Origin: Pseudomonadota bacterium
Lineage (GTDB): Bacteria > UBA10199 > 2-02-FULL-44-16 > JAAZCA01
Length of the DNA stretch: 64,000 nt
Assembly (NCBI GenBank): GCA_043798915.1
Contig: JAZDOG010000056.1
Span: 17,765-81,764, forward strand
Direction: 5' to 3'
Part shown: in pieces, positions 37,663-47,765 of the stretch
Layout: the number at the start of each line of letters is the position of its first letter
Numbering within the stretch: the first letter of the stretch is position 1
Position numbers and translations under genes: made by a program
The notes under the pieces: model-generated
Seen by the model: the letters and a program-made list of their open reading frames with translations, nothing else
Told to the model about the DNA's origin: nothing
Database searches by the model: none

Positions 37663-39141
37663 TTAGAAAACCGAGCCCTGTGCCAGGGCCACGATGTTCT
37701 GCGGCAGGATGCCGAAGAGGATGACCGCCATGGCCGCCACGGCGATGACCGCTACGACGGCCGGCGAAAGCGCGTGCTGCGGCATCTCCCGGCCCTTCTC
37801 GCTGTCGCGGAAGTACATCACGACCACCGGGCGCAGATAATAGTAGACCGACACGACGGAGGCCAGTGCCGCCAGCACCACGAGCGGCACGCCGCCGCTC
37901 TTCACCGCGGTGAGGAAAAGATAGTATTTGCCGAAGAAGCCGAGCGTCGGCGGAAATCCGGCGAGCGAGATCAGGAAAAGAGAAAACGCGGCCGCGAGCA
38001 CGGGGCGCCTGCGCGAGAGGCCGGCGAGATTGCCGATCTCCACCGGCTCGCCGGGGGCGAGCCCCATCGCCACGACCGCGGCAAATGCGCCGGAGGTCAT
38101 CACGACATACGCGATGAGATAGAGGACAAGGGCGCGCATCGCCGCGGATGGGTTCGCGGAGATCGTCGGAAAGAGGACCAGCAGATAGCCGGCGTGCGCG
38201 ATCGACGAATAGGCGAGCATCCGCTTGAGATTATCCTGGCGGATCGCGGCCAGGTTTCCGAGGATCATCGTCGCCGCAGCGAGCGCCCACGACAAATGGT
38301 GCCACAGCACGCCGGCCGAGGATGCGGCGGCGATGACGAAGCGCAGAAACGCTATGAAGGCCGCGGCCTTGACGCCGGTCGCCATGAATGAGGTGACGGG
38401 CGTGGGCGCGCCGTCGTATGCGTCGGGCGCCCAGGCGTGGAACGGGACCGCCGCCACCTTGAACCCGAAGCCCACCGCCGCCATCGCGCAGCCGAAGAGG
38501 AAGAATGACCTGCCCTCCCCCACCGCGATCTCTTTTGAGCGCGAGGCGAGGAGCGCCAAATCGGTCGTCCCGGCGCTGCCCAAGATGAACGCGATGCCCA
38601 TGACGAAAAATGCGGTGGCGAACGCGCCCATGAGGAAATATTTCAGCGCGCCTTCGACGGAGACCGGGCGATCCTTGAGATAGCCCGTCAGCGCATAGGC
38701 GGCCAGCGACATGATCTCGAGGCCCAGGAGTATCGTGATGAGATCGGCCGCCGCCATGAGCACGCCCATCCCGAACGTGGCGAGGAGGATGAGACTGAAG
38801 TAATCGGGTTGGGGCTCGCCGCGCTCCTTGAGATAGGGGATGGAGAGCATCGCCGCCGCTATCGCCGCCGCTATGGCTATCATCCAGCCAATGGCCGCCA
38901 CGCGATCGAAGGACATCATGAGGACCGGCGCGCCGCCAGCGCCGGGCCATGCGCGCCACGCAAGCCAGAACGCGGCAGCCAGCCCCGCAATCGCCACCTT
39001 TCCCGAGAGGCACGACTCGTCCTCCTTGAAAAAGGCCGCCATGATGAGGACCAGCGCCGCCGTCGCAGCAATAGCAAGCAACGGCGAAGCCGAGCGAAAG
39101 AATCCAAACCAATCAAGTTGTGTAAACGATTCAATGCCCAT
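37663..39141 (-). CDS. nuoN: NADH-quinone oxidoreductase subunit N
   Basis: EGALKYF, FKVAAVPFHAWAPDAYDGAP and KRMLAYSSIAHAGY. Confidence 0.95.
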   Translation of the reverse strand: MGIESFTQLDWFGFFRSASPLLAIAATAALVLIMAAFFKEDESCLSGKVAIAGLAAAFWLAWRAWPGAGGAPVLMMSFDRVAAIGWMIAIAAAIAAAMLSIPYLKERGEPQPDYFSLILLATFGMGVLMAAADLITILLGLEIMSLAAYALTGYLKDRPVSVEGALKYFLMGAFATAFFVMGIAFILGSAGTTDLALLASRSKEIAVGEGRSFFLFGCAMAAVGFGFKVAAVPFHAWAPDAYDGAPTPVTSFMATGVKAAAFIAFLRFVIAAASSAGVLWHHLSWALAAATMILGNLAAIRQDNLKRMLAYSSIAHAGYLLVLFPTISANPSAAMRALVLYLIAYVVMTSGAFAAVVAMGLAPGEPVEIGNLAGLSRRRPVLAAAFSLFLISLAGFPPTLGFFGKYYLFLTAVKSGGVPLVVLAALASVVSVYYYLRPVVVMYFRDSEKGREMPQHALSPAVVAVIAVAAMAVILFGILPQNIVALAQGSVF

Positions 39142-39167
39142 AATTAAAAATTCTCCCACTCCAAAAT

Positions 39168-39275
39168 CCTCCCTCCCTTGATGGGAGGGAGTCAGAGGGA
39201 GGGTGACCCTTCAGTTTTCATCACAATTTTGCCATTGCCACCCTCTCCCTGACCCTCTCCCATCAAGGGAGAGGG
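39168..39275. repeat. Inverted pair of type-A REP-like palindromic elements at the nuoM 3' end
   Basis: Unit CACCCTCnCCCTGACCCTCTCCC-N5-GGGAGAGGG on + at 39239-39275, with a variant on - at 39170-39206. Confidence 0.8.
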
Positions 39276-40787
39276 AAAAACTTCACGTGGGGGAATGCTG
39301 GCCGGCACAATCATCTCTACCCTCTTCGAAAGCTTCACGAACACCTGGGCCGGGCGCCATATCTTCGTGAGCAGAAACTCCGGCCAGACGCCGATCATGA
39401 TTATGAGCGCGATGAGCGGGACGAGCGTCGCATACTCGCGGGCACAGAGGTCCGGCATGCGCCTCTCCTCCTCGTTCTTCAGGGGTCCAAAGAATACGCG
39501 CGCCACCGCCCACAGCATATAGATCGCGACGAGGATGACACCCAGTATCGCGATCGCGGAGAATACGGTCCTCGTCTGGAAGCTCCCGAGCAGGACCAGG
39601 AACTCTCCGGCGAAGTTGTTGAGTCCCGGCAGCCCCATCGACGATAGCACCATGAAGATGAACACCGCGGCGAGCGCCGGCCACGACCTCGCCGTCCCGC
39701 CGTAGTCGGCGATCATGCGCGTGTGGCGGCGGCCGTAGATCATGCCCACCATGAGGAAGAGCGCGCCCGTGGTGAGGCCGTGGTTCACCATCTGAAGGAC
39801 CGAGCCTGCGACCGCCTCCCTGTTGAGTGCGGCGAGCCCGAGCATCACGAACCCCATGTGCGAAACGGAGGAATACGCGATGAGCCTCTTCAAATCCGGC
39901 TGCACCATGGCGAGCAAAGCGCCGGCGATGATGCCGACGACCGAGAGCGTGAGGATCGCCGGCATGAACTCGACCACCGCAAGCGGGAAGAGCGGCATCG
40001 CAAACCGGAAGAAACCGTATGCCCCCATCTTGAGCAGGACGCCCGCAAGCAGGATGCTGCCCGCGGTGGGCGCCTCCGTGTGCGCGTCGGGCAGCCACGT
40101 GTGGAATCCTATTATCGGCACCTTGATCGCGAAGGCGAGCGCGAGCGCTGCAAAGAGCCAGATCTGCTCGCGCGCGGTGAAGTGATGCGCGTACCACGCC
40201 AGCAGATCGAATGAGTTGGCGGCATTGGCGGCATACAGGATCGCGACGAGCATCAGGAGCGACCCGACCATCGTGAAGATGACGAACTTGAGCGCCGCGC
40301 GGATGCGATCGCCGCTGCCCCATATGCCTATCATGAAGTACATCGGGATCAGGACGACCTCCCAGAAGACATAGAACAGGAAGACATCGAGCGCGGCGAA
40401 GACGCCCAGCATCCCAGTCTCGAGCAGCAGGATCAGGACATGGAACGCCTTCACCTGCCTGTCTATCTCGCGCCACGAGGCGATTATCGATATCGGGACC
40501 AGGACCGCGGTGAGCAGCAGGAGCAGGAGCGACGCGCCGTCGATCCCGAGGTGATAACTGATGCCGAGCGATACGATCCACGGCGCCTGTTCGACTATCT
40601 CGAACTCGCCGGTCCCGGAGACGCGCGTGAACGCGAGCGCCGTGAGCGCAAACACGCAGAGCGAGGTGAAGAGCGAGAAAACGCGAATCCCCCTCGTCCA
40701 TTTGGAGGGCATCGCTAAAACGACGATCATGCCGGCAATCGGCAGAAAGATGATAGCTGTCAGCAGATGTGAATTTATGAAGCCCAT
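39192..40787 (-). CDS. nuoM: NADH-quinone oxidoreductase subunit M
   Basis: FYVFWE, HTWLPDAHTEAPTAGS and LKRLIAYSSVSHMG; repeat-derived C-terminal tail. Confidence 0.96.
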   Translation of the reverse strand: MGFINSHLLTAIIFLPIAGMIVVLAMPSKWTRGIRVFSLFTSLCVFALTALAFTRVSGTGEFEIVEQAPWIVSLGISYHLGIDGASLLLLLLTAVLVPISIIASWREIDRQVKAFHVLILLLETGMLGVFAALDVFLFYVFWEVVLIPMYFMIGIWGSGDRIRAALKFVIFTMVGSLLMLVAILYAANAANSFDLLAWYAHHFTAREQIWLFAALALAFAIKVPIIGFHTWLPDAHTEAPTAGSILLAGVLLKMGAYGFFRFAMPLFPLAVVEFMPAILTLSVVGIIAGALLAMVQPDLKRLIAYSSVSHMGFVMLGLAALNREAVAGSVLQMVNHGLTTGALFLMVGMIYGRRHTRMIADYGGTARSWPALAAVFIFMVLSSMGLPGLNNFAGEFLVLLGSFQTRTVFSAIAILGVILVAIYMLWAVARVFFGPLKNEEERRMPDLCAREYATLVPLIALIIMIGVWPEFLLTKIWRPAQVFVKLSKRVEMIVPASIPPREVFPSPLMGEGQGEGGNGKIVMKTEGSPSL

Positions 40788-40806
40788 AGTTTAATCGCCC
40801 TGTTTT

Positions 40807-42789
40807 TTACAGCGCCAGATATCCGATCACCGCCACCGCTCCAATCAGGAAATAGAGCAGATAGCGCTGCAGCACGCCCGTCTGTGCCGCTGAGGCCACG
40901 GTCGCCATGAAGCCGACGGACCGGGCCGAGCCGTGGACGACGAGCCCGTCCACGAATGTCTCATCGATCGTGTTCCAGAGCACGCGCCTTGAAAACCAGA
41001 CGAGCGGCTTGACGATCAGGAGGTCATAGAGCTCGTCTATGTAATAGCGATTTGCCACTAGCCTGTAGAAGAGCCCCATCCTCTCCGCGATCCTCACCGG
41101 CCACTCGCGCTTCTGCGCGTAGATGAGCCAGCCAAGTATCGAGAAGTGCGCCGCCCATATGATGCTGACCGCCATGAGGATGAGCTCGCCGTGCGAGCCC
41201 TCCGCGGGGGCATGTCCCATCTCGTATGGGATGAGGCCCCCCAGCCAATGTCCAAGGATGTTGCCGCCCCCGAGGGCAGAAGGCAGGCCCAGCACCCCGC
41301 CGAAGATCGAGAGCGTGACGAGCAGCAGGATCGGCACCGCCATCGATATGGAGGATTCCTCGACGCGCTTCCACTTCTCCAGCGAGAGGTTCGTCTCGCC
41401 GAAGAACACGAGGCCGGCGGCGCGGAAGATGTAGAAGGCGGTGAGGCCGGCGCCGGTGAAGCCCGCGGCCCAGAGCCAGAAGTGGCCGCGCTCGTAGACC
41501 TGCCAGAGGATCGCGTCCTTGCTGAAGAAGCCCGAAAAAGGAGGGAGGCCGGCCAGCGCCGCCGCTGCGATGACGAAGGCCCAGGCGGTGAGAGGCATGC
41601 GGTTCTTGAGGCCCCCCATGTTGCGGATGTCCTGCTCGCCGTGCAGCGCGTGGATCACGCTGCCCGCGCAGAGGAAGAGCAGGGCCTTGAAGAATGCGTG
41701 CGTCACGAGGTGGAAGATCGCGGCGGAGAATGCGCCGACGCCCGCCGCCATGAACATGTATCCCAGCTGCGAGATGGTCGAATACGCCAGTATCTTCTTG
41801 AGATCCGTCGCCGCGAGACCCATCGTCGCCGCGAAGAGCGCCGTCGCTGCGCCGGTCCATGCCACGACCTCGAGCGCCGTCGGCGAGAGCGCGAATATGA
41901 AGTTGAGCCTCACCACCATGTAGACGCCGGCGGTGACCATCGTCGCCGCGTGGATGAGCGCCGAGACCGGCGTCGGGCCCGCCATCGCGTCCGGGAGCCA
42001 GACGTAGAGCGGGATCTGCGCCGATTTTCCGACGGCGCCAGCGAAGAGCAGGAGCGAGACGGTGGTCGCGACCGGGACGAAGTACGCCCCGTAGCGCTCC
42101 ATCGTCTGGAAGTTGAACGCCCCGGATTCAGGGGAAACGCCTGCTGCCGACATGACGCCGAAGATGAGGAAGATGGCAGCGAGGAAACCAGCGTCGCCGA
42201 TCCTGTTGACGATGAACGCCTTCATGCCCGCCTTGGCCTTCGCCGCGTCCTCGAACCAGAAGCCGATGAGGAGATAGGAGCAGAGCCCCACGCCCTCCCA
42301 GCCCACGAACATGAGGATCAGATTGTCGGCGAGCACGAGTGTGAGCATGAAGAAGAGGAAGAGGTTCATCTGCGCGAAGAAGCGGGCATAGCCCGCGTCG
42401 TGCGCCATGTAGCCGATGGAATAGATGTGTATGAGAGAACCGACGCCCGTCACGACGAGCGCCATCACGAGCGAGAGCTGGTCGACCCTGAGACCCGCTT
42501 CGATCACGAGGTCAGGGCTCGCCGCCCACTTGAAGAGCGGTCCGGTTATCGCCGACGGGGCGCCGGATTCGAAACCCAGGAGCGTCCAGAGGACCGCCGC
42601 GGCCGCTGCGAACGAGGCGAGCGGCAGGATGCAGCCGGCAAAGGAGACCAGGGGCTTGAGCTTCACCTTCTCGCTTCGCGCGGTTGCAAACGCCACGAGG
42701 CCGTTGATCGCGGCGCCAGCGAGCGGCAAAAGGACGATCATCCAGATCAGCGTCTGGAGGGAGATGTATGTGTAGATAAATTGAAGCAT
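40807..42789 (-). CDS. nuoL: NADH-quinone oxidoreductase subunit L
   Basis: GWEGVGLCSY, GKSAQIPLYVWLPDAMAGPTPVSALIHAATMV and HAFFKA. Confidence 0.97.
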   Translation of the reverse strand: MLQFIYTYISLQTLIWMIVLLPLAGAAINGLVAFATARSEKVKLKPLVSFAGCILPLASFAAAAAVLWTLLGFESGAPSAITGPLFKWAASPDLVIEAGLRVDQLSLVMALVVTGVGSLIHIYSIGYMAHDAGYARFFAQMNLFLFFMLTLVLADNLILMFVGWEGVGLCSYLLIGFWFEDAAKAKAGMKAFIVNRIGDAGFLAAIFLIFGVMSAAGVSPESGAFNFQTMERYGAYFVPVATTVSLLLFAGAVGKSAQIPLYVWLPDAMAGPTPVSALIHAATMVTAGVYMVVRLNFIFALSPTALEVVAWTGAATALFAATMGLAATDLKKILAYSTISQLGYMFMAAGVGAFSAAIFHLVTHAFFKALLFLCAGSVIHALHGEQDIRNMGGLKNRMPLTAWAFVIAAAALAGLPPFSGFFSKDAILWQVYERGHFWLWAAGFTGAGLTAFYIFRAAGLVFFGETNLSLEKWKRVEESSISMAVPILLLVTLSIFGGVLGLPSALGGGNILGHWLGGLIPYEMGHAPAEGSHGELILMAVSIIWAAHFSILGWLIYAQKREWPVRIAERMGLFYRLVANRYYIDELYDLLIVKPLVWFSRRVLWNTIDETFVDGLVVHGSARSVGFMATVASAAQTGVLQRYLLYFLIGAVAVIGYLAL

Positions 42790-42796
42790 CGTTTTT

Positions 42797-43102
42797 TCAG
42801 CCCTTGAGCATCCTCATCTCATCCACATAGACCGTCTTCTTGAGACGGAAGAGCGCCACGACTAGCGCCAGCCCCACCGCCGCCTCCGCCGCTATGACGG
42901 CCAGGACGAAGAGCACCACCGCGTTTCCCTGCGGCAGGAGCGTCCACCTCGCAAAGGCCAGGATAGCGATGTTGGCCGCAGCGAGCATCAGTTCGATCGA
43001 CATGAATATGATCAGCATGTTCCGGCGCACGACCACGCCGGCCGCCCCCACGACGAAGAGCGCAACGCTCAAGACGAGATAATGTTGGAGCGTGATTGTC
43101 AT
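42797..43102 (-). CDS. nuoK: NADH-quinone oxidoreductase subunit K
   Basis: RRN..MSIELML and AAEAAVGLA. Confidence 0.95.
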   Translation of the reverse strand: MTITLQHYLVLSVALFVVGAAGVVVRRNMLIIFMSIELMLAAANIAILAFARWTLLPQGNAVVLFVLAVIAAEAAVGLALVVALFRLKKTVYVDEMRMLKG

Positions 43103-43695
43103 GGCGCACGTCCCTCCTCCCCTTTGTAAGGGGAGGTCGGGTGGGGTAGACCATGATCTACCTCCCCTAACCCCTCCTTACAAAGGAGGGGAATTTTGTG
43201 CTCCGTTTTTTTCTTTGCCAGCACCACCGCCGCTACCGCCGCGACGAGAAGCAGGACTCCCGCTAGTTCAAACGGCACCGCATAGCTGCCGAGCAGGAGG
43301 CCCGCCAGCGTCAGGGGCGCCTCAAAGGCCTCTCCGCTCGCCGGCGGCGAGACATACGGCGGCCTCGCTATCGAAAGGATCAGGATAAATCCCAGATATC
43401 CGGCGGCGATCGCGCCGAGCGCCTTGGCGAAGTTGATCGCCCTCGCGCGGTGCGCCTCCTCCCCCAGATCGACGAGCATCACCACGAAGATGAAGATTAC
43501 CATCACGGCGCCGGCCGAAATGAGGACCTGCAGCACCGCCAGGAAAGGCGAATTCAGAAGCGCGAAGATCCCCGCGACGCACATGAGGCAAATCACAAGC
43601 CACACCGCGCTCATGAGCGGCGACCCTCGCGTGATGACCGCGACCGCGGCGACCATCGCCGCTGAGGCGAGGATGTAGAAAAGGACCGTTTCCAT
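43099..43695 (-). CDS. nuoJ: NADH-quinone oxidoreductase subunit J with a repeat-derived C-terminal extension
   Basis: LQVLISAGAVMV and YAVPFELAGVLLLVA; position between nuoH and nuoK. Confidence 0.92.
   Translation of the reverse strand: METVLFYILASAAMVAAVAVITRGSPLMSAVWLVICLMCVAGIFALLNSPFLAVLQVLISAGAVMVIFIFVVMLVDLGEEAHRARAINFAKALGAIAAGYLGFILILSIARPPYVSPPASGEAFEAPLTLAGLLLGSYAVPFELAGVLLLVAAVAAVVLAKKKTEHKIPLLCKEGLGEVDHGLPHPTSPYKGEEGRAP
43116..43191. repeat. Type-B REP-like double hairpin, translated inside nuoJ
   Basis: CCTCCCCTT-tgt-AAGGGGAGG ... GTAGA..TCTAC ... CCCCTCCTT-aca-AAGGAGGGG. Confidence 0.85.
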
Positions 43696-44961
43696 TCAAC
43701 CTTTCAACAACACAACCACTGCGGTTGCAAGGACATTGGCCATCGAGAGCGGGAGCAGCACCTTCCACCCCAACCGCATGAGCTGGTCATAGCGAAAGCG
43801 CGGCAGCGTCCACCTGATCCAGATAAAGACGGCGGCGATCGCGATAGTCTTCGCGAGCACAACGCCCAGCTGGACCGCAAAGACGAAGACGCCTGGCGCC
43901 CACCCGGGAAACCAGCTCCATCCGAACATCGGATAGAGGACGAGCGCGGCCAGTCCAGCGACGGCGACAGGCAGCCCGAAGACCAGCGGCTCGAAGTCGC
44001 GCCGGTCGCCGTATCGCCTCTTGAACCGCCTCGCCAGCGCGTTGCCCGCAATGACGGTGGCGACCGCCGCGACCGGCCAGCCAATCATGATGATGGCCTG
44101 GGCGTTCGCGCGCATCGCATCCGCGGCGACGAACGGGAACTGCCATCCGCCGAAGAATACCGCGGCGAGGATGGCCGAACCGGCGATGATGTGAGCATAC
44201 TCGCCCATGAAGAACATCGCAAACCGCATGCTCGAATATTCCGTGTGATAGCCGGCCACGAGTTCCGACTCCCCCTCAGGGAGGTCGAAGGGCAGGCGGT
44301 TCGTCTCGGCGAGCATCGCGGCGAAGAATATGACGAACGCCAGCGGCTGGCGGACGGCGTTCCATCTCCAGACCATCGCGCCCTGATCGGCGATGATGTC
44401 CGGCAGCGAGAACGACCCTGCTACGATGAATATCGCGAGCGCGCTCATCCCCATCGCCAGCTCATAGCTTATCATCTGCGACGAGGCGCGAAGCGCAGCG
44501 AGGAGCGAATATTTGCCGCCGGAGGACCAGCCCGCGAGGATGAGCGCGTAGACGCCGAGCGAACCCATCGCGAAGACGTAGATCAGGCCGGATTTGAGGT
44601 CTGCGATCTGCAGCGAAAAGGTAAGACCGCCGATCCTCAGGGGCTCAGCGAACGGCACCACGGCGATCGTCACGGTCGCCACGAAGAGGGCAAGCATCGG
44701 CGCCGCGAGATAGAGCGGCTTGTAGGCGGCACCGACCGTGATATCCTCTTTTGTGAGGAGTTTGATCGCGTCCGCCAGGCTGTGGATGAGGCCACCGAGC
44801 CTGATGCCGAGTATCTCAGCCCGGTTGGGGCCGCGGCGGTCCTGGATGTATGCCGCCCCCTTGCGCTCCATCCAGATAAGGACGGGCACGAGGGTGAGGA
44901 GCATCGAGAATATCAGGACCACCTTCGCGGCGGCGATTGTAAGATCGAGAATGCTCATCAT
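43696..44961 (-). CDS. nuoH: NADH-quinone oxidoreductase subunit H (long form)
   Basis: ERK..AYIQDRRGPN, ADAIKLLTKE, ISYE, ETNRLPFDLPEGESEL and RWTLPRFRYDQLM. Confidence 0.96.
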   Translation of the reverse strand: MMSILDLTIAAAKVVLIFSMLLTLVPVLIWMERKGAAYIQDRRGPNRAEILGIRLGGLIHSLADAIKLLTKEDITVGAAYKPLYLAAPMLALFVATVTIAVVPFAEPLRIGGLTFSLQIADLKSGLIYVFAMGSLGVYALILAGWSSGGKYSLLAALRASSQMISYELAMGMSALAIFIVAGSFSLPDIIADQGAMVWRWNAVRQPLAFVIFFAAMLAETNRLPFDLPEGESELVAGYHTEYSSMRFAMFFMGEYAHIIAGSAILAAVFFGGWQFPFVAADAMRANAQAIIMIGWPVAAVATVIAGNALARRFKRRYGDRRDFEPLVFGLPVAVAGLAALVLYPMFGWSWFPGWAPGVFVFAVQLGVVLAKTIAIAAVFIWIRWTLPRFRYDQLMRLGWKVLLPLSMANVLATAVVVLLKG

Positions 44962-44970
44962 TCACTTTCT

Positions 44971-45047
44971 CCCCTCCTTTGTAAGGAGGGGCTGGGGGAG
45001 GTAGATCGCTATCTACCCCACCCTACCCTCCCCTTACAAAGGGGAGG
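44971..45047. repeat. Type-B REP-like double hairpin, nuoG-nuoH intergenic
   Basis: Same element as 43116-43191 in the opposite orientation. Confidence 0.85.
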
Positions 45048-45054
45048 ATTATTT

Positions 45055-46464
45055 TTATTCGAGCGCCGTTGAAAGACGTTTTACAATAGTTTCTACTGTC
45101 AAGGACTGACCGAGAGGCTCAAACGCCTTCGCGGCTCGCTGGGCTGTCCCCTGTCTGTTGATAAAGGTCCCATCCTGCTCCGCATGCGTCGCCTTTGGCA
45201 GGAGCATGTCCACCCAGCCTTCGGCTATGGAATTCGATGCGATCACAGCTGTCCAGGCGGGCGCAGATGATGCCATCGCGACGGCGTCGTCGCGGGACAA
45301 TCCATTCAGGATTATATAACCCGCGCCCTTCTTGAGATTCGCGAGGCGCGCGGCGGCTGTCTTCGTCACGCCGGCCCTGTTTGGATTCCTGTCGACGCTG
45401 CGCAGGATCGCGTCGCCGAACGCCGGCTCGTCGTCCGCGCCGGACCAGGCGATCTTTGCCGCATCTTTAAGACCGCGGCCAAATTCCGCAAGCGCCGCGT
45501 TCTCCTCTTCGCTCGCGCCCGCGGAGAGGACGCAGACTATTTCGGATGCGTTGCCAGCGCGGATGAGCCCTGCGACTCTCGAGGCGGCGTCGCTCCATCC
45601 TGCGGCCACAAACCCGCCGCACTGCCTGATCTGCGGCTCCAGTATGCGGTTCTCTGGTCTAAGATTTGAATACGTCATGCGGCCCACATCGCATAGCCAT
45701 TCCTTGTTGACCGAGTCATTAGCGCGCGGCCGGAAGCGATAGACGATCAAATCGTCGTGATCGATCCATATGTTGCAGCCGGTTGCGCAGCCCAAGCAGA
45801 TCGAGGGCGTGGATTTGAGAAACCAGACGCGCTTTTTGAAACGGAACTCGACGGACGTGAGCGCACCCACGGGACACAAGTCGACCGTGCAGAGCGAATA
45901 TGGATTCGAGAGCGAAGAGCCGGCGGCAATGCCGATCGTCGAATGATCTCCGCGCTCCGTGAAACCGATCTCGTGGACGCCCGCGACCTCCTCGCAGAAC
46001 CGGACGCAACGGGAGCACTCCACGCAGCGCTCGGCATCGAGCATCACATGTGGTCCAATGCGAAGGGCCTTGGGCTTGTGGACCTTTGGATCGACGAGGC
46101 GCGAGGGGCGGAGGCTGTGATCGAAGTAATAATCCTGAAGCCGGCATTCCCCCGCCTGGTCGCATACCGGACAGTCGAGCGGATGGTTGCGCAGGACGAA
46201 CTCGAGCGTGTCCGCGCGCGCCATTTTGGCAAGCTCGGAATCGGTGTGGACGACCATCCCATCGCGCACCGGTTCCTTGCACGAGATGACCGGGCCCTTC
46301 GCCCCCTCGATCTCCACCATGCATAGCCTGCAGTTGCCGGCTATCGTGAGATGCTTGTGGTAGCAAAAGCGCGGGATGTGGATGCCGACGGTTTCCGCGG
46401 CCTGAAGGACGGTCGTGCCTTCCGCGGCTTCAACTGGCTTGTTGTCGATGATGAGCTTTACCAT
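45055..46464 (-). CDS. nuoG: NADH-quinone oxidoreductase subunit G (short form, 469 aa)
   Basis: CYH..GNCRLC, NHPLDCPVCDQAGEC, RCVECSRC, DLCPVGAL and CLGCATGC. Confidence 0.93.
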   Translation of the reverse strand: MVKLIIDNKPVEAAEGTTVLQAAETVGIHIPRFCYHKHLTIAGNCRLCMVEIEGAKGPVISCKEPVRDGMVVHTDSELAKMARADTLEFVLRNHPLDCPVCDQAGECRLQDYYFDHSLRPSRLVDPKVHKPKALRIGPHVMLDAERCVECSRCVRFCEEVAGVHEIGFTERGDHSTIGIAAGSSLSNPYSLCTVDLCPVGALTSVEFRFKKRVWFLKSTPSICLGCATGCNIWIDHDDLIVYRFRPRANDSVNKEWLCDVGRMTYSNLRPENRILEPQIRQCGGFVAAGWSDAASRVAGLIRAGNASEIVCVLSAGASEEENAALAEFGRGLKDAAKIAWSGADDEPAFGDAILRSVDRNPNRAGVTKTAAARLANLKKGAGYIILNGLSRDDAVAMASSAPAWTAVIASNSIAEGWVDMLLPKATHAEQDGTFINRQGTAQRAAKAFEPLGQSLTVETIVKRLSTALE

Positions 46465-46508
46465 TTGTTTTCAGCGCATTGAATCAATTTGCTCCGTGAC
46501 CAGTGGTT

Positions 46509-47753
46509 TCAGGCTTCCATCGGACATCTGCCCAACCTTATATGTTTCTCAAACTCCTCGCGGAATTTTGTGACGAACGACTTCACAGGCATCGCGAGCG
46601 CATCGGCCAGCACGCAGATCGTCCGGCCCTGCATGTTGTCCGCGAGAGAGAGCATCATCTCGATGTCGCCCTCCCTCCCCTTCCCGCATTCGATCCTGTC
46701 GGCGATCTGTTTTATCCATCCGCATCCTTCGCGGCACGGGGTACACTGTCCGCACGATTCGTGCGCGTAGAATTTCGCAATATCCGCGAGGACGCGAACC
46801 ATGCATGTCCCTTCCGCGATGACTATCATCCCGCCGCTTCCGAGCATCGATCCGGCCGACGCGAGCGACTCAAAATCGAGTTTTGTCCCAAGCGCCTCTG
46901 CAGCGGTGAGCACCGGAACGGACGATCCTCCGGGGATGACCGCTTTGAGCTTTCTGCCATCCAGCGTGCCGCCGGCGCATTCTGCGAGGAACGTTGCCAG
47001 CGGCATACCCATCTCTATCTCGTAGACGCCGGGCCTTTCCACATGGCCGCAGACGCTTATGAGCTTCGTGCCCGGGCTCTTCTCCGTCCCCGCCTTTCTG
47101 TAGGCCTCGGCCCCTTCGCGGATGATGAATGGGAGCGACGACAGCGTCTCCACGTTGTTCACGATTGTGGGACAACCGAAGAGCCCGGAGACGGCCGGAA
47201 ACGGAGGCCGAATCCTCGGCCATCCCCGATATCCCTCGATCGACGTGAGGAGCGCCGTCTCCTCGCCGCAGATATATGCCCCGGCGCCGCGGTGCGTGAT
47301 TATGTCTATGCCTTTTCCCAAGAGGCCCTCTTTATAAGCCTCACCCACCGCCGCGGCGAATCGCTGCCACTGGCGCGCGTACTCGCCTCGAAAATAGACA
47401 TAGGCCGTCTTTGCGCCAATCGCATACGCGGCGATGATGATCCCCTCGATCAGGAGATGCGGATCGCGTTCGATGATCGCGCGATCCTTGAAGGTGCCGG
47501 GTTCGCTCTCGTCCGCGTTGACGACAAGGTACACCGGCTTGTCCGTGTTCTTCGGGACGAATCCCCATTTCATGCCCGTTGAGAAACCAGCTCCGCCGCG
47601 ACCGCGCAGGCCAGAGGCCTTCACAAGCTCCACAACCTCGGAGGGCTTCATACCCGAGAGCTTTGGCAGCGCGGCGTATGCACCGTGCTGTTTTGCAACA
47701 GCGAGGCGGTGCATATCGGGCACGTCAAAATGTTTTGTGATCACATGCTCCAT
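46509..47753 (-). CDS. nuoF: NADH-quinone oxidoreductase subunit F
   Basis: GLRGRGGAGF, NADESEPGTFKDR, YICGEETAL and ESCGQCTPCREG. Confidence 0.97.
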   Translation of the reverse strand: MEHVITKHFDVPDMHRLAVAKQHGAYAALPKLSGMKPSEVVELVKASGLRGRGGAGFSTGMKWGFVPKNTDKPVYLVVNADESEPGTFKDRAIIERDPHLLIEGIIIAAYAIGAKTAYVYFRGEYARQWQRFAAAVGEAYKEGLLGKGIDIITHRGAGAYICGEETALLTSIEGYRGWPRIRPPFPAVSGLFGCPTIVNNVETLSSLPFIIREGAEAYRKAGTEKSPGTKLISVCGHVERPGVYEIEMGMPLATFLAECAGGTLDGRKLKAVIPGGSSVPVLTAAEALGTKLDFESLASAGSMLGSGGMIVIAEGTCMVRVLADIAKFYAHESCGQCTPCREGCGWIKQIADRIECGKGREGDIEMMLSLADNMQGRTICVLADALAMPVKSFVTKFREEFEKHIRLGRCPMEA

Positions 47754-47765
47754 ATTATTATGTTC

